DNA of 64,000 nucleotides from positions 248,001 through 312,000 of the forward strand of contig NW_003314330.1 in NCBI RefSeq assembly GCF_000143415.4, in the 5' to 3' direction. The stretch comes from Selaginella moellendorffii (Eukaryota > Plantae > Lycopodiophyta). Below are positions 35,222-51,525 of this stretch, in pieces; positions within the stretch are counted from its first letter, which is position 1; every line of letters begins with the position of its first letter. The notes below the pieces were generated by a model that ran no database searches, was not told the origin of the DNA, and saw nothing but the letters and a program-made list of their open reading frames with translations. A program made the position numbers and the translations under genes.

Positions 35222-37459
35222 GGATATTGGGAAATAATAGGGTGGTATTCATGTGAAGTTGGAGTATTTATAATATTGAATCTTTAGCATATCTCCTCTT
35301 ATGGTTACTATAAGACATGCTTTGCAACGAGTTTTTTACTTTCCAACGTTTTTTTCAACGAGGTGGAGAGGAATCTCTTCAAGAGTGTCATGGTGGGAAG
35401 AGCCACCTAGATGGTGGTGTTAGCTGCTCTCATAAAGAATGGCCTTCATCAAGGGTGTGGAGCAAAGTGTCATATAGACTTTTGAGATACACATACACAC
35501 ACAAATATATATAATGTCGTATACTAATATTAATATTTGTACACTAAAATTAATTTAGTGGGATTTTGATTGTTGTCAATTTAGTTTCAATTTGGACCAC
35601 TTATTCTTTTATTCTTGTATGTAAGGGTTTTTAGGCTAATAAATATGCACATTTTTATATTTCAGTTCAATATTTGTATTCAAGGTAACTTTGATTATCC
35701 TTAAAAAGTGCTTGGATTTAAAATTTTAGTTTAGATTTAACTTTTGCATTCTTTAAATTTTATTTTCCTTAGTTTTTTTAAAAATTTCTTTCTCTTTTGA
35801 TTTTTCATTTTTTATTCATCTTTATGATAAAACAACAACCTCCTCCTTCTTTAATTCTGGAGTAGAAGTTAATGTAATTGCTTGATATTATATAGTTGCA
35901 ATTGAACAATTAAATTCAATTGATAATGGTATTCATGATGCATAGTATAACTCTTCTTGCTTTTATTGTCAATCCTCGCATCCAATTAGAATTCTTCCAT
36001 AAGAATCCTAAGGATGATGGGTATTATTGATTCAATTAATTTATGGTGATTGCTATGTATCATTATTAGTATGATGTTTGGCATATACATGAGTTTCCCA
36101 AGGACAATGATGTAGTGGTATAATAGTTTGAGCATGTGGATTAGAATATTCTTCCAAACATCTTCAAATATATATTTGAACATACCAACAATTATAATGA
36201 TACCTTCAAAGAATTGCATCATTTTTGTCAAAGCCATTTAAGTTAGTAATGTAGTTTGACATTCATTTTCAGAGCTTTTTACTTCGTGTAGAGCTAAATA
36301 TGTTAGAGTGGATCAAATTAAGAATATTATAGTCAATAATTCATCAAAATTTTGTAAATTTATGTATACACTTGCTTTAGCCACCCTTGATAATATTCTT
36401 CATTTGACACAACATTATGAAATATTACTTCTTCCACTTCTCATTACACATTCTTTGGTTTCACTTTATGTAGAAGATGGTTCGGTTCTAATAAAGGTTG
36501 ATGCTATTGTTGTTTGAATTTAAAGAGTTAATATTATTACTATTACTTCTCCCTTTTGTTTTATACTTCATTATATTTTTTCAATTCCTTTTATTTATGT
36601 TCCTTTTATCCTTTTGTTTTTACATATACTTTCATCACTTTTTGTCTTCCTATTATTTTCTCTTATATTTTTATTTTATTCCTTTATTTCCTCTTCAGAT
36701 CCCTTTGACGGCATTTATGTTGTAGTGGTTGACCGACTCATGAAGATGTATGTTAATTTCTTCGAACTTAACAAATTGTTTAGGGCCAAGATTGCAACAC
36801 ATCATTTTATTCCAATTAAGGATGGTTATCTAATTAAAGTTCTTATTTGTCGTTAGTCATCAAAAGAAATTAAAATTTTACATGCAAATGTCAAAAAGAT
36901 GTTGAAAAAGGGTGTTATCTCAAAATTGTGGAATCATTAATTGTGTGAACTTTATCTTGTGATAAAGCCTAATAGAAGTATTCATTTTTACATTAACTAT
37001 CATTTATTAAACGGAGTTACTATCTTGGATGTATATTTTATTTCTCACACTATTAATTTCTTGAATTGTCTAAAGAAAAATCATTAATTCACCAAGTTAG
37101 ATATTGCCTTTGGGTACTAGCAAGTGCCAATATTTGAGGAGGATATTCCTAGACTGTTTTTTATATATTATTTGATTTATGCAAGTTTTTAGTAATGTTA
37201 TTTGGTGTGAATAATGCTCAAGCAACTTTTTAGCGAATAATGGATGAAGATTTTTGTGATATGCTGAAGGTAATTGCTAACTTCATTAATAAATTTAGAG
37301 GGATGTGAGAGGCACATGTCTATGATGTTCATACAATATGTATATAAAAGTTATTTTTGCTGCATCTTCATTGTTTTTGCCCTTGCATTCCTTCACACAT
37401 ACTTTGAATAATGTAAATTGAATTCAGATAACTTAATGTTTTATCCATTATAAGACAAG

Positions 37460-37903
37460 ATGGAAAATGTCTTGGCTGAAAGATTCACTAGTCTAGAAAT
37501 GCTTTGATGCAACCTCCAATTGTAACTAGTGGGCTGAGCAAACCAAGTCTTCCATGAATAGCTTTCTTTCCTTCATATGGATCACTGTTCTAATGGCCCA
37601 TGCATCTCTTTTTGTTGAAGATGACATTGCTGAAACGGACTTCAGTGACAGAAGAGGGGCAAGAAGTTGCAGGGGGAAGCTATAACTTTAGTGAAAAAGA
37701 GAAGCAGAAGAATCCTAGCTATGCCATGTTTGAGGAGGTGATGTTGAGCTTCCGCAGTCCACTGTTTGTCTGGATTCTGTGGTGGAGGGGGCTCTTTGCG
37801 ATTTGCCAAATCCATTCCAAGCCTCGAGAAATACCAGCTGCTCCGGAGAGTTGAAGCATCCGGAGGGTGGAGTATGTAAACATGGTATCCTTGTTTTGCA
37901 TCT
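37460..37903 (+). pseudogene. Rearranged MTPSL relic with deletions and an internal inversion
   Basis: ATGGAAAATGTCTTGGCTGAAAGATT matches the MTPSL start; about 37490-37606 is the reverse complement of about 34230-34375; later blocks match 34385-34710 and 35021-35054 in forward orientation. Confidence 0.88.
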
Positions 37904-37934
37904 TACTGTAATTAGGGCAACTGATTTAGGGCCG

Positions 37935-38744
37935 ATGGATCTCGTGGATCTTACAGGGGATGGAGGAGTGATGAAGAGAATTGTCAAGCGCGCAAGGCCG
38001 GACGCATTGGCTCCGTCGGATAGTCTTGCAGTTGTGGATGGTACGTTTAATTTGTACAACCTCAAGTAAAATGTCTCTTCTCGTTTTGTTTGGCTAGTTC
38101 ACTACGAAGGAACACTGGCCGCTACTGGAGCGGTGTTTGATTCCAGCCGAGAAGACAATGCGGTGTTTACCTTTGAGCTGGGGCGAGGCAGCGTGATCCG
38201 GGCGTGGGAATGCGCAATTAAAACTATGCAGGTAAAGTGGCATTTTTTATCTTTAGAGTGAAGTACATGGTTGATTCTAAATAGCTTAAAGGTTGGCGAG
38301 ATTGCGGAGATCATTTGCAAGCCCGAGTATGCTTATGGCTCGGAAGGATCGCCTCCAGAAATTCCACCAAAGTGAGAGCTTGAGAGTTTTCTTTGAGATC
38401 TTGTTCGATGGTTTTGCTTGCAGCGCGACTTTGGTGTTTGAGGTGGAGCTCATGGATTGTAAGCCACGAAAGGGATCGACCGTGAATAGCGTGGTGGCCG
38501 AGAAAGCCAAGCTCGAGTAAGTCCCGCAAACTGGATTGAATCCATGGTTTTTCTCATGGGTGCTTTTTCTCAAAACTTTTGTAGCGAGCTGCGAAGAGAA
38601 AGAGAAGCCGCCGCAGCGATCCGCGAGGAAGAGAAGAAGAAACGCGAGGACGCCAAGGCCGCCGCCGCCGCGCGCCTCCAGGAAAAACTAAATGCCAAGA
38701 AAGGGGGCAAAGGAAAATCCTCCAAATCCAAGGCCTCGCAGTAA
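37935..38744 (+). CDS. FKBP20-1: FKBP-type peptidyl-prolyl isomerase FKBP20-1-like
   Basis: [46 protein letters not shown], basic C-terminal tail. Confidence 0.9.
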
Positions 38745-38835
38745 AAATGCCCGCCAGGAATGACACGCGGCAAGTTCTTGATGCTTTCCCGCCCAGCACA
38801 AAAACCCTAAAATTAGGGTTTGTGGGATTTTCGCG

Positions 38836-43416
<4,581 letters not shown>

Positions 43417-43593
43417 GTATTTAAAGTAAATGTCAACCAATTTTGTTACTTGTCCTTTTAACTTCACTATAACATGGATAACCTTTCTCCTTCCTTTTTT
43501 TTCGAGAGATTTGCTTAAATAGGGGCGGAACTGCACAGGTCTGTAAGTTTTGTTAGTTTTTTTAGCTTACCCAAATCCTTTTCAGAACGAATC

Positions 43594-44527
43594 ATGAGGA
43601 AGCCAGAGGGTTCTGAAGCCGTTGTCGAAGTTAACAAGAAAGGAGAGGAACAGGTCGTGCTGAATCTGAGCGTTGTTTCCGGTATGCTGTGCCCGCTTGG
43701 TGCTGTAAACCTCTCCAAAAGCCATCTAGAGGTGAGCCGGCTAGAACGACGACATTTGTTTCTAACTTCAAGTGTTTACGTTGTAGGATCTGCCAGATTA
43801 CTTTGACAGCCTTCCCAAACTGCGCGTCCTCAATGTTTCTGGAAACATGCTCAAATCACTGCCTCGGAGCCTTGGCCGTTGTAGGTGAGGCTAACTGCCT
43901 TTTTCAATGAAAACTAATCTTGTGAACAGCTTCCTCGAGACACTGGATGCCAGTTTCAACCAGCTTGAGTATCTCTTCTTGAGCTTTGGAGCCAACCTCC
44001 CGAGACTGAAGCGCCTCCACCTCCAGCTCAACAAGCTCAAAGCTCTCCCGGAAAGCATCGGCAAGATGGCCTCCCTCGTCCACCTCGAGGTCCAGTTCAA
44101 CAAGCTGGTGTCGCTGCCTCCCACCATCGGCGACCTCAAGAGCCTGCAAACGCTCGACGCCAGCGGCAACTTTAGCACCAGCGTCCCAGACTCCATCGGT
44201 TACGCCTCGTCCCTCACGTACTTGGATCTCAGCTACAACCAGATCGCGAGGCTGCCACTCTCGGTGGGAAATCTCACGCAGCTGCAGGAGCTCAAGCTCT
44301 TTCACAATCCTCTAGTAGTTCCCCCACTCGAAGTGGCCGAGCACAGCACTAAAGCGGTGGTGGAGTACATGTCACAGGAGCTACAAAAGCCTCCCGGCGC
44401 TAGGCCGAGGCGCCACTTTGCTTTGCTTTCTAGTCTTAGGCCGCCGCTTCTTAGACCGCCGTGGCTTAGGGAGCTCCTTTGTCGGGGCTCGTCAATGGAC
44501 TACTTCGTAGAACTCAAACAAACTTAA
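43594..44527 (+). CDS. Intracellular leucine-rich repeat protein (PIRL-like)
   Basis: LxxLxLxxNxLxxLPxxIGxL repeats and NPLVVPPLEV...AVVEYM C-cap; 5' exons inferred. Confidence 0.8.
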
Positions 44528-44542
44528 AAACCATCGTGTATC

Positions 44543-44652
44543 TGCCACGTCAGCAACTTGCGTGGAGATACGTGGCGAACACGTGTAAATATGCCACGTC
44601 ATTATCCCACGAGCCGGGGCTTGGGATCGTGTCAGCTCGCGAGTATATAAGA
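44543..44652 (+). promoter_or_regulatory. Cluster of ACGT-core (G-box/ABRE-like) elements plus TATA box upstream of the HIPP gene
   Basis: GCCACGTCA, TACGTGGC, CACGTG and GCCACGTCA within about 60 bp; TATATAA at 44644. Confidence 0.55.
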
Positions 44653-45222
44653 GGAGGCCGGAGAAGGGGAGTGGTATCTTTGCGCTTGGGGCAATGACGC
44701 AGTTTATGAGGTTTTACCGAGACGCGTCAATTGCTGGTTGAAAACTATTTCCAAACCCCCTCGTCGTGTCTCCCTCGGGAGGCCGTCGAGAATTTCTGGA
44801 AGGCCCGCCCTAGGCTCGGGCCTACAAATCTTAAAACCAAGAAGGAATTAAAATTTTTTTTTTTATGAACATATTAAATATTTTAGTACTTGTCTCAGGT
44901 GATTACACTTTATTTGATGCTAGTTATTTTTCTATCAATTATTTATTGTCTGAAGATCAGAGTGGCGCAGCGGAAGCGTGGTGGGCCCATAACCCACAGG
45001 TCGGAGGATCGAAACTTCCCTCTGATATCTTAGCATTTTAATTATCTTTAAAGGAAGTTACCTTTAAGTGTTTGTTAAAGCTTTTGATGTGAGTCAAAGT
45101 GAAAAATTTTCAACATTCGTTCTTATCTTTCAGTGATGATGGAAAAGATGCAAAGAAAGAGATGCTGTCCAAGTATAAACGCGCTCGTTCTATGCTGGAA
45201 CATTCATTAAACTGGGGAGAAA

Positions 45223-45800
45223 ATGCAGGTCCTTGTTTCCCTCCGCTCCATGCTTTCTCGTCACTCTCCTCGTCTTGCTTGCAGACTGTGGAGCTCAAAG
45301 TCGCAATGGACTGCGAGAGGTGCGAGAACAAAGTCCGCAAAACGCTCGCCAACACCCTGGGTTCGCATTTCTCCCGTTCTCCGCTTCTATAAGCTCTGCT
45401 TCTCTTGTTTCCAGGGGTCGAGTCCGTCGACATCGATTTCCAGCAGCAGCGGGTCACGGTGATGGGCTACCTTCTCGACGCCAAAAAGTTGATGAAGAAA
45501 GTGAGGAGCAAGACCGGCATGCACGCCGAAGTTTGGAACCACCAGTACAGCAACGTCCAGCACGTCTATGGTCACATGGACACCTCGCTCACCAATCTCT
45601 TCAGCTCCGCCAGTGACTACAACACAAACAATTACTACGACCGGAGCCACCGGATGCATCATGGAAGCACTTACAGGGTCAGCGACAAGCCGGCTTACGA
45701 CCACGAGTATGGCAACCAGAAGCAATACATGCCGCCAGTGGATGACAGTGTCACCACCATGTTCACGGACGAGAATCCAAACGCTTGCTCCATCATGTAG
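45223..45800 (+). CDS. HIPP: Heavy-metal-associated isoprenylated plant protein
   Basis: MQ|TVELKVAMDCERCENKV (HMA CxxC) and C-terminal FTDENPNACSIM CaaX box; two introns; start codon inferred. Confidence 0.9.
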
Positions 45801-46134
45801 CGCTGCGAGCCGAGGAGCTGTGAAAAAAACATCAGTCACAGAAGAGAGAAAATATTCGGATGATGCATTGTGCGTGTACTCACCTCTTGAAGTTGCTCGC
45901 GTAATCGCATCAAAGGTTGCCTTTCAGCTGCAAGCGCACCAAGAAAAATCATAATAGCCTTCTCAATAATGTAATGCTGTAAAGGAAAAGCTTACCGAAT
46001 CTCTTTACTGTGTAGTCTTCTGTGAGCCGCAAAGCATTCAAGCTGATTCCCTCGAATAGAAAAAGCACAAGAAAAAATGATAGCAAGACACCTGATATTC
46101 CTCCTGCCTCACGAAGTTTGATATTTACAGGTGC

Positions 46135-48724
46135 CTACTTACTAGAGTCCCGCTTGAGAATGGAATAAAACTTCTCAAACTCGGCCGTGTGCTCGAAAGT
46201 GGAAACAAAATCGCAACAAAATCTTAGCACTGATGCAAGCAGCACGAAGTTATCCTTTGCAGCAGCCGCTTCGAGAAATCGCACACAGGGTGGCGACTCA
46301 ACCTGCACATGCTTAACAGTTTTAGATAGAGCTAGAAAAGAGAGAGCGAAAATCAGACCTTGTTCTGACGTATATACCGTAGACCTTCCAAGAGCCTACC
46401 TTTGTGCAAAAGACGCTCAAGGTAATCTTTGTGAGCATGCACCTGCCTCAACATGTCCGTTCCGATTTCTTCGAGTTGAGAACATTGCGCTCCAATGTCC
46501 AGCAACTCAAGAGCAAGGGCTTTTGATGGCTCAACTACCTGTCCAACAAGAAGCACATTAACAAACTATTAGCAGCACTTTTAAGATTTACCTGATCAGC
46601 AACAATATGCTGAATCCTAGCATAGCACTTGTCTCTTGCAAGCAGTCGCACAAGAAGAACATAGAGTCCTGGTGGGATTGTTAGTTGCTCAGCTCTTGCA
46701 CTGCAATAATAGAAAATCACAGATGCTATTTAATTTTTTCATGAGATAAGGAAATAATGCATACCTTACCTCCGCAAATACTGTACCATAACAGCTACCA
46801 AAAAGCTGTTTTCAACTGCCATTCCTTCGTCGATTACAGCGAACACGTTGTCTAGCATTTCCTGAGGCGAAACATGTGGACTGGCAGCTTGATTTTCCGT
46901 TTCCGAGAATCTAATGCTGCTACTTTCTTGCTCAGGTTCACGAATCTCTTGTTCGCCGTTGATAAAAGCTCTTGCGGAACTAGCTCGAAGACTCCCGTAA
47001 GAAAGTTCTGCTGCGTTGCTTATAGCTAGGGCAGTAGCAAATGCAGCAGGTTGCATGCCTGGAGTTAGAATCAATGGCATTGACGACATCCTTCCTATTG
47101 GGGTACCCTTGCTTGAGGAACGCTTCACATGACCGAAGGCGGAAGTTAAGACATCTAAGGCAGAAGAAACCTGGGAAAGAGATCTCCTCTCCATAATAAT
47201 GGAGCGCAAAATAGAGCACGATAGCTGTTTCGCCTGCAACGTAGGAGATTAGTATGCCACACATAAGTGACGCAACCGCTAACCTTCGCAGCCTCGCATT
47301 TACGCCTTTGAAGGAAAGCTAAAAGAGATGAAACGTCCGATGAGCTAGCTGCAACAGCCTGCATACAAACAAGAATGAAACTGGATACAAAGGAGAAATC
47401 GCATGCACCTCTAAGTCAAGTTGGATCTTCCACAAAAGCCCGTGAGTATGGTCCAAAATGACGTCAGGGTTAACAAAGACCCAACCTTCTCCATAGAGAC
47501 TTGATTCGTCTGCTCCTGGCTTTTCCGGACTGTTGGCTGGTTTGTACTGCCGCAAAAGAAGAGGCAATGGCGCAGATATAGGAACTTTTGTGTTGGCAAG
47601 GATGTCATAGAGCAGCACCACTTTGGAATCAATCTGATGAACAAGAAGTACGTTGTCAACAACGCTGACAGACACATTTGACGCATATGTTGGTAAGGAG
47701 CCCTGAAAACATTTGGAGATCTTCAGCTAAGTGGCAGGAAAACAGAGTCTACACCTGCGAAATGACAGCATCACGGTAGAATCTGTGGATATGAAGCATC
47801 TTAGCCAAAGGATCAGTCTGCAAGCAGTACAGCCTTCCGTACCTGCAAGTGAAGACGGTCATACAACTTGCCTTAGATGCAGCGACTTACATGGTAGCAA
47901 TGAACACATTCTCCGAGGACAAAACAAAAGTTCGGTGATTCTCAGATTTGGTGAAGTTTGCATCGAATTTAGGAAGCCGGACAATCCCCCCTGCGGAGAA
48001 CTGCAGGCACACGCAACTTAGAAACTGTCACAACAGTACGACCCAACCTGGTAGCCAGAGAGTGTTTTGCACTGCGTCCCAGATGCCAAAAGTACCAAGC
48101 GACTTTCGTGCGTGTAAACAAACCAGCTGACAGACTGCTTCTTCTTCTCAACCAGCTTCAACTTCCCCTTCCCAAGACACAAGGAATTCAGCTCCAGACC
48201 ACTGCCCATGAACGAAAGCATTTAGAAAACTCAAAAGACAAACTTCTAGCATTCACCTTGTTGTCACGATCACCACATCACAGTCCGGACAATCGGTCCA
48301 AAAGAAACCAAGTATCCTCTCACTGGAACTCTTGCACGACTGCTTAAAGGAGTTACAGTCTTCTCGGTTGATAAACTCGATCTCCGTGTTGGATCTAAGA
48401 ATGGCCAGGATCTTACAGTCGAGCGAGAACCTCACGCCAAGAACAGGGCCCTGGCTTATCTTCACAACGACTGGATCCGAAGGTAAAGTATCAGAGCTTA
48501 CAGACCAGGAATAAATCTGGTAAAACAATGGCCACATAAGAAGGAAAAACTCGAAAGAGTGTTTTTTTCGAACAAACCTCCCCAAGAGTAGGGACTAGCA
48601 GCAGCTTGTTTGCGTCGTCGTAAGTTACTCCCAGAGCTCCGGGAATATCACATCTAAATGGTGGATACTGGATGTATGCATGAGACATGGCGCCCGATCC
48701 GCTATCGTAAGACCCAAGAGCCAT
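46135..48724 (-). CDS. RMC1: Regulator of MON1-CCZ1 complex / Mic1-like protein
   Basis: YDDANKLLL, WFVYTHESRLVLLASG, SVVDNVLLVHQIDSKVVLLYD, and a C-terminal Mic1-type region; multi-exon. Confidence 0.8.
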
Positions 48725-48743
48725 TCTAGCTTCGCAAAGACCA

Positions 48744-49048
48744 TTATTTACCCCTGAGCTGCAAGGAGGAAGAAAGTTTTTCGATCGATCCGACCCAAAA
48801 TGCGAAAGAATCGAAGCAAGAACTCACCACATTCTTCATGCAAGCCCTCAGCGCCAGGAACTCCTTCTCGCACATCCCCTTCTCAATCGCCGCGGCCTTG
48901 CCGGCGACGCATTGCCCGTATTCCTTCATCTGAGGCGCCAGAATCTCGGAAATTTTCAGCCGAGAGAGGAGAGCGGGCACGAATTCACCTGGAGTGGACA
49001 AGACGCGATCACTCGCCGCAGCGGAGATTGGAGCGCGCGATCGGCCAT
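48744..49048 (-). CDS. Small twin-CX9C (CHCH, NDUFAF8-like) protein, positioned as a uORF of RMC1
   Basis: MADRALQSPLRRVIASCPLQ|MKEYGQCV...KGMCEKEFLALRACMKNV|LRGK*; three exons; stop 19 bp before the RMC1 ATG. Confidence 0.8.
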
Positions 49049-49155
49049 GCGAGTAAAAACCCTAGTTCTTTATCTAGGGTTCTGAGCTCTCTCTCACTTG
49101 GAAAATGCCGCTATCTCGCATCGATCTGGCGCAAGGCGCGATCTAAGGCGCTGGA

Positions 49156-51477
49156 ATGGATCGCCGTGGCCTGGTTCTCATCTGCATTGCCTGCATTCTC
49201 GTCGATCGCAGCTCCTCCTTCCTCACCGACACGGGAAGAGAGCTCGAGGTCGAAAATTTCAACGATCAGGGCTGGAACAGCGGCGGCGACACTACTCCAG
49301 CTGAATCCACCACGCAGGCCACGATCTTGGGCTTCCTCCGCCACGATGGATCGCTCGATAACGAGGTATTGGCCAGGGAATCAGGGGAAGAGGAGAATCC
49401 CGAGATCGTGGACAGCGATCTGGTTCTTAGCAGGAATTTCAGCGCCGAGGAGGATGTGAATGGGAAATCTTACAAATTCGAGGAGTGTCCTCCCAGGATG
49501 AAGGAGTATATTCCCTGCCTCGACAACAAAGATGCTATCGGCCGGCTTGCATCCACTGAGCATGGAGAGAAGTGGGAGCGGCATTGTCCCGCTGGGAAAT
49601 CACGACTGTGTTGCATCATTCCACCTCCATTGGGATACAAGCGGCCTATACGGTGGCCCAAGAGCCGGGACGAGGTGATAAAAAATGCGAAAGCTTTTGT
49701 TCTTCGTAATGTTCTTGAGCTAATTTTCTTTGCAGGTGTGGTATAGCAATGTTCCTCACACACGCTTGGTTGCTGACAAAGGCGGGCAGAACTGGATCCA
49801 GAGTCAAAAGGATAAGTTCGTTTTTCCTGGTGGAGGAACACAGTTTGCTCATGGAGCTGACCAATATCTGGACCAGATGGCTGAGGTTCGTGCTTACTTT
49901 CTTTCATGGTTTTGATGGGGAATTTTTTTTTCTTTCATCAGATGGTACCAGAGCTTGCCTTTGGTGAACGCACACGCGTTGCGTTGGACATTGGTTGTGG
50001 TGTTGCAAGCTGGGGCGCTTATCTTCTCTCTCGCAACGTTCTGACGCTTTCCATTGCTCCGAAAGACGTGCATGAGAATCAGATACAATTTGCACTCGAG
50101 CGTGGGGTTCCTGCAATGGTGGCCGTCTTGGCCACTCGTCGGCTCTTATATCCAAGTCAAGCATTTGATCTGATCCATTGTTCTCGTTGTCGTATCAACT
50201 GGACTCGTGACGGTGAGTATAAGAACATGTCTTTCCTTGACTTCTAAGGCAGTTTGTGCTATACAGATGGTATACTTCTTGCGGAAGTTAATCGCATAAT
50301 GCGCGGCGGGGGCTACTTTGCATGGGCAGCTCAGCCTGTTTACAAGCACGAGCCAAGTAGTTTGCAGGCATGGAACGGTATGTTTCTAAGCCTCTCAAAA
50401 TTTGGATTTTGCTTATAAGTTTCCTGCATCCGGCAGATATGGCAGACCTTGCCAAGAACCTTTGCTGGAAACTAGTTGCCAAGAAAGGCTACATTGCAAT
50501 CTGGCAGAAGCCCGTAGATAACTCATGCTACTTGAAACGGGCACCGGGAACACTCCCTCCGCTTTGCGATTCAAACGATGACCCTGACTCTGTCTGGTAT
50601 CGTAGAGACTCCATTTCTGTGATTAATACCAAGTGTTCTTCCTCTGGACAGGTATGTAGCAATGAAGGCTTGCATCAGTCCTTTACCTGGAAATGGACTC
50701 GGTCGTAACATCACCAAATGGCCATCGAGACTGTCCCTTCCACCGGAACGTTTGAAAGCCGTGAACTCAGATGCATTGCAAGCCAAGCCTGAAGTGTTCC
50801 GGGCCGAGCAGCGGTACTGGACTGCCATCGTTGAAGGATACCTGCGAGGCCTTGGCCTGAAGAAGGAAGACATTCGAAACGTAATGGACATGCGAGCAGG
50901 CTATGGAGGGTAAGTTTCTATATTCTTTTGCATGGATGGAATGTTATGAAAGTCTGTTGCAGGTTTGCTGCGGCTCTAATCTCGCAAAAGGTGGATTGGT
51001 GGGTGATGAACGTTGTTCCCAAAAGTGGTGTAAATACATTACCGGTGATTTATGATCGCGGACTGATTGGTGTTGCTCACGACTGGTATGTGACGAGCAA
51101 GTTTTTCTTCTACTTTGTGACTAGTGATTCATTCTGCTTAGGTGTGAGGCCTTTGACACTTACCCACGAACTTATGACCTTATACACGCTGCGGGAGTTT
51201 TTATGCTCGAGAAGAACAGGTATCTTATTGGAAAACCGTTGTACGAAGTATCTTCATATCGACTTACAGATGTAATGCTGCTCACATCATTTTGGAAATG
51301 GACCGCATATTGCGTCCCGGAGGCTGGGTGCTGATACGTGAATCTCGATACATGGCAGCCGAGCTCGAGTTCCTGGCAAAATCCGTCAAGTGGCACACCC
51401 GCATCCTGGAAACCGAGAGTGGTCCTTATGGGAAGGACAAGCTTCTCTCCTGTCAGAAGCCGCTTCCCAATTTTTGA
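49156..51477 (+). CDS. PMT: Putative SAM-dependent pectin methyltransferase (DUF248/PMT family)
   Basis: [75 protein letters not shown]. Confidence 0.92.
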
Positions 51478-51525
51478 GCTCTTCGTCACTGCGCAGCACT
51501 ACGTATCGAAAACTTACCAAAACTC

